Assembly (NCBI GenBank): GCA_002633005.1
Contig: NMRA01000013.1
Coordinates: 446,347 to 510,346 of the forward strand
Origin: Phoronis australis
Taxonomy: Eukaryota; Animalia; Phoronida
Direction: 5' to 3'
DNA: 64,000 bases
Part shown: positions 1 to 13,100 of the stretch, in pieces
Layout: the number at the start of each line of letters is the position of its first letter
Numbering within the stretch: position 1 is the first letter of the stretch
Notes under the pieces: model-generated
The model's input: only the letters and a program-made list of their open reading frames with translations
Databases searched by the model: none
Told to the model about the DNA's origin: nothing
Made by a program: the position numbers and the translations under genes

Positions 1-243
1 GCGTAGAGACAAATACCTCTTCACCACGTATTCACATCTTGCCGTTCACAATTGTTTTATTTTGCATAATTTGTCAATAAGTTGTTGACAGAAAATATTT
101 ATTTTTGGAACAACGTGAACGACCAACTGATAGGGGACTACGTGTATACATGTAACTGCTAGCCCAGATTTTAACGTCACCGATACACTGAAAACGGAAT
201 GCGCAAGGCTACTTTGCTGTAGCCTCAACAGTGGTGATGTCAC

Positions 244-296
244 CGTCTTAGTTCGTGGAAATCGTAACCATAATATGATTTCGAAGTTAGAGCCAT
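244..296 (-). CDS. Possible first coding exon (MALTSKSYYGYDFHELR) of an unidentified gene running off the left edge
   Basis: ATG at 296, CG|gtgaca donor, and a CpG-richer upstream segment with E2F-like TTTCGCGG near 392. No homology recognised. Confidence 0.2.
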
Positions 297-879
297 CGAA
301 GTCCGTGGGTTTAGGGCATACTGGACCGTGAATTTCGCGTCTGTACTGCAAGGGTCAATACTATGAAAATAAAATCCCTGGAGTGAGAGCTTTTCGCGGT
401 GTAAGAACTCACTCACTAATCCATCATCATGGGCGCGTGACAGGTGACCGGTGATTAACTTAAAAAAAACGCAAAAAGATGCAGTTTGGCGTTACACAAA
501 CAACTTGAAATCAAATGCGGGCGAAGACTGCTAAAAGAGCTGCGTTTACAAAATGAATACAGCGTTGTATTGACCGGGAAGCAACCGATCTAATACATCT
601 TGTTAACGTCACGAGTCAAATTAAAGATCAAATGTAAAGAAAACGTTCACGTTTTTTATCCAAAACTTGTTGCATTGTCCATAATCCAATGTTTACTATT
701 AAAGCTTGCCTTCAACCTTCGAATTAGTGGTATTCCACAACCGACGTGAACTCATGTAACCGAGACAGTAAAACTAGGTTAATTTATTTGACCCTGTGCT
801 AAGACAAATATGCATCGACACGCAAAGTGGTATCAGCCTGACAACCTATTACGCAACTGCTACTCTAGCCTAAAAATAG

Positions 880-1045
880 CAGCCGACCAGCTGGTCGGCT
901 GATGGCCGGTCGGCTGAAGGGTCGGCTGGGGAGTCGCCTTATGAGTCGGCACTGCGGGCGGCTGCCGGTCGGCTAATTTTTAGCCGACCGGTCGGCAAAT
1001 TAGACGACCGGTAGACGGCTAGTCGTCGACCAATTTCCGACTGGG
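880..1045. repeat. GC-rich palindromic repeat cluster built from GCCGACCGG/CCGGTCGGC, ending in a MITE-like ...CTGGG
   Basis: Perfect 22-bp palindrome at 880-901; hairpin near 966-991; 14-bp palindrome GCCGACCGGTCGGC. Confidence 0.65.
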
Positions 1046-1975
1046 CGGCCAAAAATTCGTGATGTGTGCTGTATGTGGACGGACAAAATCACCGGATTAA
1101 AACATTTGATAATAGTGATATGCATTGTTTACTTCTAACATGGCTCCGTCATCGAACTTTTATTTAGAAGACCTATCAAGCTTTAACCGACTGGTTATAT
1201 TATTATAGAATCCATAAATATAATTCAAAGCTGCTGCTATTCAATCATATTTTCGTAATTCTGGATAGTTGGAGGACTACCAGCAACTGCAGCAAGTTTC
1301 TGGGTTGCAACTGTTACTCTGCAACAGGTAGTTACTATTTTGACTAAAACAGCCGATCCTGTGCACATTTTTGGTTCACAAGACATTCACAACCCGATTC
1401 GTTGTTGAACGTAATTGGAAGTCCTATCTCAAAACAGCCACCAAATGTGGCCTACCCCAATCATTTATTTCCCAAGGAGTGCGATATCAGCTACTCCTAC
1501 TCTAAATGCACAATGTCACCAAACGTTAGGCGGCCATGCTTGCAACTCGTGAGCATAAAATTGGAAAAGAGCATGCAGAACACCTCCGATCAGTATTTTC
1601 ATACCCTTATATTATCTCTCGGAGGTGTTCCATTTCTGCCTAGCAAACTCAAGTCATACATGCATCAGCAAAATTGTTTAGTAAAGAAAGGGCTAAAATC
1701 ATTGCTCTGGCCTCATTTGCACCCGACGGTAATTCTTAATCCTTAGTCGGCTACCGGATGCACTGAACTCTTACCACTGGGATGTCCTGCTACGGCGACG
1801 GTAATCACGACTCGCATGACGATCATGGTGATATGACAATGGGGCTATTCGGAAAATCTTCAATAACTAGAGGGCGTGCGTGTACTAGTGGTGATAGATT
1901 AACAGCCTCGATTTCGCGAGCCCTTTAAATACATGGTGAAATGGCTTGCAGCTGCGCCAACTGAATCTGAGATTG

Positions 1976-2978
1976 CAAGCTTGGCTGAGGCCCGCCTAAG
2001 TCCTACGCCCGGGCCTGCCCGCACTGCCTCCGGCAGCTTGGCTGAGGCCCGCCCAAGTGCTACGCAGGAGCCTGCCCGCGCTTCCTCCTGCAGCTTGGCT
2101 GGTGCCCGCCCAAGTGCTACGCCCGAGCCTGCCCGCGCCGCCTCGGGCAGCTTGGCTGATTCCCGCCCATGTGCTACAACCGAGCCTGCCCGCGCCGGCT
2201 CCGGCAGCTTGGCTGAGGCCCGCCCAAGTGCTACGCTCGAGCCTGCCCGCGCTTCCTCCGGCAGCTTGGCTGAGGCCCGCCCAAGTGCTACGCCCGAGGC
2301 TGCCCGCGCTGCCTCCGGCACCTTGGCTGAGGCCCGCCCAAGTCATGGCTACGCCCGAGCCTGCCCGCGCTGCCTCCGGCAGCTTCGCTGAGGCCCGCCC
2401 AAGTGCTACGCCGGAGCCTGCCCGCGCTGCCTCCGGCAGCTTGGCTGGGGCCCGCCCAAGTGCTACGCCCGAGCCTGTCCGCGCTGCCTCCGGCAGCTTG
2501 GCTGGGATCCGCCTAAGTGCTACTGCGGAGCCTGCCGGCGTTGCGTCCGGCATCTTGGCTGGGGCCCGCCTAAGTGCTACGCCGGAGCCTGCCCGGGCTG
2601 CGTCCGGCAGCTTAGCTGGGGCCCACCTAACTGCTACGCCGGAGCCTGCCCGCGCTGCCTCCACCAGCTTGGCTGGGGCCCGCCTAAGTGCTACGCAGGA
2701 GCCTGCCCGCGCTGCCTCCGGTAGCTTGGCTGGGGCCCACCTAAAGAGCTACGCCGGAGGCTGCCCGCGCTGACTCCGGCAGCTTGGCTGGGGCGCGCCT
2801 ATGTGCTACGCCGCAGCCTGCCGCGCTACCTCCGGCAGCTTGGCTGGGACAGCCCGCCTAAGTGCTACGCCCGGCCGGAGCCTGCCTGCGCTGCCTTCGG
2901 CAGCTTGGCTGCGGCCCGCCTAAGTTCTACGCCGGAGCCTGCCTGCGCTGTACCTAGGCAGGCTCCGACGTAGCACTT
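1976..2978. repeat. 57-bp GC-rich minisatellite (about 17 units) ending in an inverted partial unit
   Basis: Unit is roughly ggcagcttggctgaggcccgcccaagtgctacgcccgagcctgcccgcgctgcctcc; 19-aa periodicity in the overlapping ORFs; followed by (TTGCCG)n at about 2984-3010. Confidence 0.95.
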
Positions 2979-3669
2979 TGGGGTTGCCGTTGCCGTTGCC
3001 GTTGCCGCTGCCCTTCGGGTGACGTTTTATATTAACCAAAGCGCATTTACAGGGTTTTGACGACAATCACATCGCCAGTCAACCATATGTATGCTTTTTA
3101 TGTTTAAATACAAGGGTGATTGTTCTGTTGGTACTCGATAGAATCATGGGTTGGAAGTGGACAACAAAGTTGATTGCAGAAATATTTTGAATAAATGTAA
3201 GACAACAGCATCAAATTTGGGCCAAGTAAAACTCACGCCTAAAATAAGGCATTGTGATAGATTTAACAAAAGTTAACTAATAGTAAAACTATTTCAAAAT
3301 AAAAACCCTATTACTGCACGACTGCGTGTTGTATGAACATAGTGACTTACTCGACAATGTACGTATTTTAGAAGGAATTGTGATATCGGATTTATTCATA
3401 CCACAGGCAAAGACTTTAAAATAAGTTAGTACTTTGCTGTGTCCGTTGGCCGATATCCTGCTATTATTAATAAGCAATGTCATGGCTGTTCCGTGAATCT
3501 TTTTGATAACTGTGTACAGAAACGTGTTATTGATGTCGTCCAGTGGAATATCCTTCGTGTGGCATTTATTTAATAACCAACGCACATTTCGAAGGTTTTG
3601 ACGGCAATCACCTCGTGTTGAACCCAGAACGTTCAGTCCACCTCATATAAGTCCCATGGAAGTAACTTG

Positions 3670-3972
3670 AAATGAGATCCCGAATGGCACTATTATGCTC
3701 CAGACACCCTGCGTATCGAGGAATTCCACCCTTCTGTACCGATGCGTCTACAGTCTTGTTGCTTAGGATATAACTCGTCATCCTGTCTGAAGTGACTGCA
3801 AAATAGATCTTTCCCTGTACATCTACGAAAATCACCAATCCTGATGTCTTTCTTCTACTTTGGGATGTACACCCCCTCTGCTTTACACCAAGCATCAGCC
3901 TGAGGCAAAATCTTCTGTCTCCATGTGACTCTCAGAAGCTTCCATAGACGTTTCAACAGCCTTGGACACTTG
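3670..3972 (-). mobile_element. Decayed reverse-transcriptase fragment of an RLE-type non-LTR retrotransposon (HERO-like)
   Basis: Manual translation KCPRLLKRLWKLLRVTWRQK...W.KAEGVYIPK*...IGDFR, frameshift, then VQGKIYFAV...VDASVQKGGIPRYAGCLEH. QKGGxP..GCLEH is typical of this RT group. Contains a stop and a frameshift. Confidence 0.8.
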
Positions 3973-5173
3973 AATAAATCTAATTTCCCTTTACAAAAAC
4001 TTGTTGGGAAGAAAGCATTCCTCTGGTTTAGCAGGATATGGTCTCCTTGAACCTGAAATAATTTGTGCTCGGGGTATACTCAAACTTAAATTTTCCCCAT
4101 TTGAATTCTTTTGTAATTTGAGTATGAAAATACGGCTTATGATTACTCTCAACACTCTGTCTCCATCCTTGAAAATAATAATTCCTTATTCAAAAATTAG
4201 CATAATAATATTTTCACACGCAACGCCTTGATTTAAGCAAACTCCTTGAAATCCATACTTTGACAAATAGTCCAAGGCTCGATCTACATGTTGGGGACGA
4301 GGTGACTAGGTGAACTACCCGGGCTGTGTGAAATTTCTGGGTCTAACGGAGACACTGACGCAGTGGTTAGCCAGCTCGCTGTATAAAGACTATAGACAAA
4401 ATCCAAATTCGTTTTATCGTGTCCCTGTCAATAATATAACGGCATGCTAAAGTTTCTTAATGTTCGTACTTCAGGAACATAACAATCACGTGTTTTGTAC
4501 ACAAACGCGCACGCCGCAGATCACATCTCGGAAATTTCCGATTTGACTGATGACAATGAATGAGCAAAATGAAATTAAAGAACGTCGTTTTACAGCTTGT
4601 AAGATTCATAATAAACGTATTTTGAATATTGCAATGCATGTGTTCCAAAATCTAAATAACTTGGGTCCTATATTTTTGTATTTGTGCGCGCCAAATGAAA
4701 GTAATCGTGAGTGTTGCTGTGTTGCAAAATCTCTTATCCTGGGTCGATTTGAAAAATGCAAAAGTTGTACTCATATTTGTTTGCGCTCCTCTTTTCAAAT
4801 ATTACAGTAAAAAGTACGTAAAACTCTCTCCATAAAAAGTACAGTCTGCTACGCTAGATTGTAATCAGATGATCATATCCGCAAGAGCGAAGCCAATTAT
4901 CCTCGCTCGTGACTCGAAGAACAGAGCAGCTAGGCGGGATCCCTTGGATCGTGAGCCGAGCGTGGATAAATACGGTCTAGTTCAATCTGCAAAACCCACC
5001 CCACCTTTTACCCTCATAGGCGGGGTTTGGGCCAATCTTATTTAGTGGAAATGTTTATAGCATAAAAATGATGACTTAGATGGATGTCATTCTTTTCTTT
5101 CTCGACAAATAGAATAATTTTCAGTGTATGTGTCATCAATAGTGGGATAGTCTAGATGTAGGCCTCTATAATG

Positions 5174-5293
5174 CAGTGGCGGATCTAGGATATCACAAGG
5201 GGGGCCAACATTTTGTCCGGCTGTAAGCATTTGCACAAACTGAACCACGATTGTAGATGCGCATAGCACCGAAGTGGGGGGAGGTCGGGAGGG
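5174..5293 (+). mobile_element. hAT-like MITE end (CAGTGGCGGATCTAG...), truncated at the n at 5294
   Basis: Close reverse-complement copy at about 39051-39160. Confidence 0.7.
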
Positions 5294-5380
5294 NTAAATC
5301 CGCCTATGTAATGACAAGGTGAGAATGAAGTCAACAGACGGCGCTCCAAGAATGAGTAAAGAAATGGCGACTAGCAAGCG

Positions 5381-5750
5381 GCCGCCTTCCCGGATTACAC
5401 AACAACACTTGAATCTCGCAGTATTAACCCACAATGCCGCAAACACCTGTCAGACACATTTGCTGTCTCCTTTCGTGCCATTAGAGTTCCACATATTGTT
5501 TAAGTTGTTTGATTTCCAAGTTTTTCTTGGTGCCATTACTCGATCTTCCAATGAAAACAAAGTTGAGCTGCACCTCCGACGTGAAAGTTTGATAACTGTA
5601 CAAATACTGGTGGATGCGTGATTTGAAGTTCTTCGCCTTTCCTACAAGTCACGAAAATGGGCCTAATTTCCAAAACGAGGTCACGTGCTTTCTTATCTCT
5701 GGAGTAAAAAGGCACTGGAGCTCTATCGCCGTGTAATCCGGGACGGTCCT
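5381..5750. mobile_element. Non-autonomous TIR element (TIR AGGACCGTCCCGGATTACAC family)
   Basis: cccggattacac at 5389-5400 pairs with gtgtaatccggg at 5731-5742. The right end is the exact reverse complement of 51016-51035. Confidence 0.65.
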
Positions 5751-7005
5751 ATTTGGACCTTGATGCAAATGGGTTTTTAACACATTGGTGTTATCCTGAA
5801 AGCATGCATACTCTTATTTATCTAGTATTTTTATTCATATATTTTTTCAACAAATTAAAATCAAAGCAATCAAATACAATTTCCGTAGCTTGCGTTACAT
5901 TTTTCACTTTCCAACGACTTGTTATGATTCTATATAACACTCAAACAATACTGCAATTTCTGGTGGCCTTCATAACACCTAAGCATGTCATTCCCCAACG
6001 ATTAACTGTTATAAAACCCTGCAACGCCATCTGAAGGAAGGCTCCCCTTCATAAGGAGATCCACAACAACACGCCACATTACCTGCCTAAACAGGAACGT
6101 GTGAGCCCAGCCGTAGTTAAGTGTATCAAACCAGTTGACATATTGGTGTTTACAAACACCAGTTTCTAACTTCAAGAAAGCAGCTCTTAAAAATATGTAA
6201 CATCTAGGATGACATATATCTTACACCAGTAGAACATGTAGCACCTTTGGAGCCTGCTCATCAACATACCGGAGCAAGGTGTTGGAGAGAAGAGGAGAGA
6301 TTCATTGGACGACCTAATGTAAGCGGATTGGAGAAGTATGACACGTCCTTCCACCTAGCATTCATATCAATTGTGATTTGACTTGATTACTTTTTATATT
6401 TCTTGAACATACATGTAATGGAAGCAAAGGCTATGGGAATGCGTTTGGAGTTATCCAACATTGTGCCCGAAAGGTGGCCTACGAGTCCGCTACTTTGTCA
6501 CTGACACGCAAGAATAATACCAGATATTGTGTAAACCCAGTACATACTTGATGAGCGTAACGACGCTCACCACCCAATCTAATTGGCTGGGAGCGTGTCT
6601 GATAATGGCAGTCTGAGCCTTAACCTCCTCAGTGTTGAACTTCAACAAATTAATGTGCTGGCCCACCGGGTCAGTTATTTGAATATGAGACCACATCCAC
6701 ATGGACCTATACCTGAAAATTTACTGGCCCGGCTGCAAATCCACTGGCCCCAGGCCAGCGCGTATTTCAAACGTTCCTTGCAGCATTGTCGAAAGTAAAA
6801 CAACCTCCAACCAAAGGGCAAAGAAAATGAGACCTGCAAAACCTTGTGACCAAACATAAATTCTCACTTCTAACTGATGTACAGATTACAACCACCACTA
6901 AGATGTTGATAAAGGGTACACTCACAACTTTCAACACTTTCTGACTTTCTATGATTTAAAATTCTAACAAAAAACAATACAATAACAAAACTAAATATCA
7001 TATTG

Positions 7006-7185
7006 TCATAGCTCTTCCTTCTGCTGTGAATTTGTAGACTGCTCATTTTTCGACTTCCTCTGCAGGATAAATGTGGGATGGTTTCTGACATGGTTCGCTG
7101 CCTTTAAAATGAGCCGCATAAACTCATCGACATCAAAGGCATAGTTGGTGAACTTCGCGTGAGCACCAAGTGTGGGATGATGGCC
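7006..7185 (-). CDS. EOGT: EOGT last coding exon ([18 protein letters not shown]...KEEL*)
   Basis: cag acceptor; TGA at 7008-7006; KEEL terminus. Confidence 0.94.
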   Translation of the reverse strand, partial: GHHPTLGAHAKFTNYAFDVDEFMRLILKAANHVRNHPTFILQRKSKNEQSTNSQQKEEL

Positions 7186-10100
7186 CTGAGAAACATAAAT
7201 GCACCATGAGACTGTTTAAAGTTACTGTACAAGCTGCTAAACTGACTGTTTAACACCAAGTTTTTGCAATACGATATCACGTGTATAAGAATGCATAAAT
7301 GTCAGAGCGCTTTCTCCTATGTTACTCAAACCTCACAATGAGTATACAACATTATATCTGTATTGAAAAATGGTTACTATTGCAAGGCTGGTCTCCTCAA
7401 ACATCACTGTTAGTAACACTTCAATGTCATACACAGATTTCTATGACAAATCTCTTATGTGATGTCTAACAGCAACCCAAAACAGAATTGCCTTGAAATC
7501 CTGGCCAATTGTCAAGATACAGTTGTACCACAAATCTGAGAACAAAATGGAAACACGTTGTCCATCACCGTAACTGCATGTAGTTGCATGACATGTGACA
7601 GAGTTTTCAGTTAATAAGGGAAATGGTCAATAAACAGCGATCACGCTCTTTTTACACGAAACCCAATAGAAAAACAACTTGAATCGAAATTCCCATCTAT
7701 GCATTGCATCAAAGACGACACTATCAACAGGCAATAGTCATACAGTTACTACTTAAATTTCCATCCCGCATTTATGTCCTCCACTGTGCCTCACCGCCAA
7801 AGCTCCACCTCCTAAGTCCCACCTTTAAAGCTCCACCTCCAAAAGTCCACCTCCAAAGCTCCACCTCCAAAGCCCCACTTCCAAAGCTCCACTTCCTAAG
7901 CCTCACCTCCAAAGCTCCATCTCCAAAGCTCCACCTCCCATGCACCACATACCTCATCTTCTTGAATCAACTTCTCTTGTTTCTCCCACGTCATGTATAG
8001 GAGACCACGCAGTCGGGCCAGGTCCAAGTAGCAGTTACGATCTTCACAATTATATCTGCAACAATAGGGTCATAGGCGATTCATTACAAGCAGTTTTCCA
8101 ACACACGTGCAAATTTAACAACAGAGGGCAGTGTTATCTGATCAAGCAGTGTACTGTGACCAACGCGGAATGCAGATAAGAATTTGTCCAACTTATTTCT
8201 TCTATTTTTGTAATGCATCACTGGCAGCTATATTTTGATGCAAACAAGGCAATGAAATATATATGCGTTCATATACTGCTTCACATTGCAAGACAAAACG
8301 GAAAAATGAAAATTGCTATGACATGGTTTTAACCGATCTTCTACAACCTCGAACACACCTTCTCAACGCTAGGCTCGTTTTGCATTTCAGTAATCGGTCA
8401 TCTGAGGGGAAAGGTGCTTGTGCCTTTTAGTTGAGGGTAAACTCCCCCCATCACAAACCAATGACACTCTTTGATCGCAGGCCATCATTGGCAATATCTA
8501 AAAGTGATTCTAACTTAGAGGGAAATTTCACGTGATTTTCAAATATTTTTCATGGGAGAACAGCGCCGATATTCAGCCCCAAAATCGAGGCATCAAGGGC
8601 CTGATAGATGTTCAAAGATCATCAAGTTCTTGGTCATTTCAGGCTAAAATACTGAACACAATGGAAGAAGCTTACATTTCAAAGACAACACCCCAATCAG
8701 GCTGGAACAGCAAATGTGTGAGCCCTGCACCATGGATACCGATGAAGATATCTGTGTTGTGCATGATGTCCACTTGTTCTAAGAACTTGTACTGTCTGAA
8801 ATGATGAGCACATAACATGCAGTGTTTGCCTTGTTCTTCTAAAAACAGGGAACCAGTGGACCCACCTTCCAATATTTTTCGCATCCATGAAACTTACTCC
8901 TGAAATCTTTAATAAGTAACACACGAACTTGCAAAGTACCAGTGAGACAAAGTTTTATTTTTCATAATATTCGTCCGACTCTGTTTCGACGCCATTTTTG
9001 TGACTGTGTTATTGAGTTTACGCTCTAAAATTGTAGCAGGATATGCTGACCTACATTGTGATGACCTACTTATGGAGCAACAATGCCATGCGTTTTGACC
9101 TACTTATGGAGCAACAATGCCATGTGTTTTGACATACTTATGGAGTAACAATGCCATGCGTTTGGACTTTGGAAAATGAAACAATCTAGCAATACTGCAA
9201 TGAACGAAAGATATGGTATGGCAATAAAAGAAAAGAACCAAATAAGTTACATTTGTTTTTAGTTTTATTTATCACAACCATTGGACAAAAAGTTGCGTCC
9301 AAGGGGAAACACTCATTGAATCAATTTGCGTCTTTTGCAGTTTGATTGCGTTGAATGACGCAAAAACGCAGCCTCGGCTGAACACAGTAACATGTCATAC
9401 AACAGCTGTGCTGTAACAGGGTCCAGTGCAGTATTTATACAAACGTACGATTTGGCAATATTCGTCCACTTCATTTTAATCAATTGAGAGTATTTCTGGA
9501 GGATGTCCTGCTCAGTCAATGACTGCTTAATATGCATCACCTCGAGACAACTGTTCTACAGCTCATTAGCCTCTCAGATACAGCAGGAAGTTATAGAAAG
9601 CAGCGACAGTCACTGGTGTTAGAGATGTTACAAAACAGACATTAAACACGAACAGTAATTCACAAGCGATGTGAACAAAAATATCATAAAGTGGAACTTC
9701 ACAGCGCTTGTTAATTCTTTGCATTCAACGCACGATCCAGAAAGCACTCTGTGCAGTGGAAAGTTGAAGTGACTTGTACAACTAATAGTATGTACTGGTT
9801 ACAAGAAATCATATTTGGCCTTCATCTACTCATCCCATCTTGTCCAAAAAATTTGAGAAGTAAAATGTAACAATTTTGTAAAATGTAACAACTGCTACAT
9901 TTTAGTCATTGCTACATTTTACATTTAGGTTCCTAAGCCTCTCCTAAAATGTAACAAACTAATACATTTTACTTAGTTCAACCTGAAAACAAATGCATGC
10001 TTTCACTTCCTTCCACCAAAATGTCTAAGAAATTCGCAACTAAGGTGGTAGACAGAACCCCTCGCCATCAGAAGCTTTGATTTCGCTCCTTTTGTGTGGA

Positions 10101-13100
10101 ACGGTGCAATTACCGCATTAGTGATGACTATAAGACCACAAAACAGGCTGACATAAATCAAACTATAGTGGACTAAATCGGGCACTTTTTCTATCAAATT
10201 GGCTTCCGAAATTGAATTCTCTGTAAAAAAAATTGTGGTTTGTTCCCGAAGAAATGCAATAAATATCAGCCAAAATATGATGTAATTGCTTCTGTTGTGC
10301 TTACCAAGGGTAGTGTGTTTATTGTAATGCTGGATACACATTTGGTTTATGACCTGTGAGTGCCAACAAAAGATTGCAAGAGCAGCGCGGAGCATTGAAA
10401 TGCGCCCACGAATGCACTGCACTGAAACGGTGTGCTTTTAGGGGTGTTTATCAGTATCATAAAAGTGGCCTCTAGATGGTGCACAATGATACTTCGAATC
10501 CATCCCAAAATGGAACAAAAAGCTATTTACTACATTTCAAGAAAATTGTCAAGGAACTTCAGAGAAACAGAGGAAACAAAAACAAATAAAATTGCCACTA
10601 GGGGGCACAACATTCGTCAGATCCACCTGAAAGTCGTCGTCTTCCGTTGTCAACTTCATATAAGTACACTTGTTAAGTTTAATAAAGATTCTGCAGAGGG
10701 CTTAGGAGATACAAAATGCCACTACAAGGCACCACAGGAATCAAAGTGGTCAGAAAACCATCCTCAACCGTCCTCTCCACACTACATAATCATCCTAATG
10801 AGTGGTTTGGTTGATAGAGGGGCGGAAGCTAAAAAGGGACTCTAAAATAGTAAAAACGGCCACTACTTGGCACAAAATACCTCGAATAGATCCGAAAACG
10901 GGAGGATAGGGTCACCTCATTAATAGATGCCTATGCGCCAAATTTCATCAAAATCGGTTAAGGACCTTCGGATGCAGTTGCAAACTTAAAAAACTAAAAT
11001 TGCACAGCGTTATTCGGGTCGGTCCGAATTCAGTAGCAGAACTGCCCTATTTGGATGGCCATATTGCTTTTGGTACATAAAATCACTTGTTGCGTGGAGC
11101 CAACTTATTTCGCCTTATTCCTAGAAATAGCGAACTGCCAGTTCTTTCCAAATACAAGTGTCTAATCTCAGCTAGGAGCAAGACAAGACCAGTTTCATAC
11201 CGTAAATGGAACAAATAAAAAGACACAATCTTACTGGAAACAGATTTGTAGCAGTTTTAATACCGCTTGAAACGTGGGGAATATTTTAATGGATTTTAGT
11301 ACCGACGTTCGTCGTTTTACTTTATACTAAGACTAGACTTGTTAACTGTCAGTAACTGCATGGCATTTCAACGCCTATTTTATTATTAAGTTTTAATATT
11401 CAATCTTAGAAGGACCAGTCCAGCATTGTTACTTACTTAGACAGTGTGAAGTCAACCATTTTCACTTCAAACTCCCCAACACTTTTAAGAGCACCAACGA
11501 GCTAAACAGAAAAGACTAATGATCACTAACGGCAACAACACTCAACGAAACAGAATCAAAAACTTGCAAAGTGAAAAACTCAATTGTGTATCTACTGTAA
11601 GACTGAAAAGAAAATCAACTGTCATGCAGTTACAAAATCAAAATTTACAAATGTGTAGTAATTAGATTTTGGGTGAGTCTTAAACCAAAAAATAACTACA
11701 TTCAAACAATTTTACAATATACAAGACACTAAAAACACAGAAGTTTACTACAAATGGGTTCAGAGTTGAAAACCAACAAAACATCAGCACAAATATGGGG
11801 CGATAACTCACCTTATCTTGATTAAGAATTTTTCGATATTTTGTAGATCTGGCTAGAAGGGTGATCCTTATCTTGTGTGACTGGAAAAAAGTATAATTTA
11901 TTAACTTGCCATTCAAGGTCATATTTTTGAAGAGGTCAAAAACAAATTTCTAAGATTATCTTCTGATCATCCAATCTCACAGATGACTGACTGAATTCAT
12001 ATGAAATTTCAGACAATATATACTTCAAACACTCTTTCTTCAAAACGGTGTGAGGAATTGTTTTTCAAATGTTTCGTTTTTACATGAGGGAAATGTTGGC
12101 TTGCTTTTGCATTGAAAAGAACATGGCTATTTTGACAACCAGTGGTTTCATTTCAACGAGAACGTATACCAGATAAATAAACTATCATACACCTCCATAT
12201 AACACATGTTGCATCCAAGACTATTTTTGACAATTTTACAGACTACCAAGTCTATTTTTCAGACTTCGTAAAAAATGAAGTTTCCAAAATTTGTGAAATA
12301 TGATGAATGCCAACATTACCCATGTCCCAAACTTTAGAATGTAGCAAATTCTACCAGAAATTCCGTGTTCCAAATTTTAGAGACTACCAAATTGGAGAAA
12401 TTGTATTCCTTCCAGCAACCAACGGTAAAATAATCGTATGCGTGGCTCAAAATATTTTACAAGTAATCTGACAAAATTTCGTTTTATAATACCATACCAA
12501 CAAAGAGAAAGGAAATATGTCTTATCTACTGACTCGCACACCTCATATGAATGACAGTGAGGGTAAGCCAAATATCGTTAGGGCAACCTTATCTTATGTC
12601 CCATGTTAAACTCACCAACGGGCCATGTTGTCTTACGCCAAGTCGATGAACGACGTGTTGCGAGAACGCACGGAATAGCCCAGTACCTTCACACATGGAG
12701 GACTGTACGATCAAAAAATGAAAGATCGGTTTAGAAGTGATTTCTGGGCTTGCTCAAGAAATTTGGTATCAAGGCTGCGGGTCACATATATCACATTACG
12801 TGTCCAACATGACCCCAGACAATAATGAACTGTCAGTTGTTCCCAAGACCTGAAGCCACCACAAGCATCCGTAATGAGTACGTTGTCTAAATCAAAGGTT
12901 AGATGTCATTTGAGCAGCAAGCAGATTCCACTTATTAATTAAAGATGCATAATTCAACTATGGCGGTGCCATCGTTTTCAAATGTATTGTGGGGTGGTTG
13001 TCAACTGGTAAACATCGGGGCCGGGTTGCATAAATGTAGTACCTCTATAGCAACGACATCGAAATACAGCATGACAGACTGTTGTTTACACTGCACTTAA

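Noticed and set aside
1899-2773. Four long overlapping ORFs on both strands
   Set aside because: Explained by a stop-poor GC-rich 57-bp tandem repeat, with frameshifts. Not called as CDS.
9063-9163. CRISPR-like 34-bp repeats
   Set aside because: No unique spacers, no cas genes, and it lies in a eukaryotic intron.
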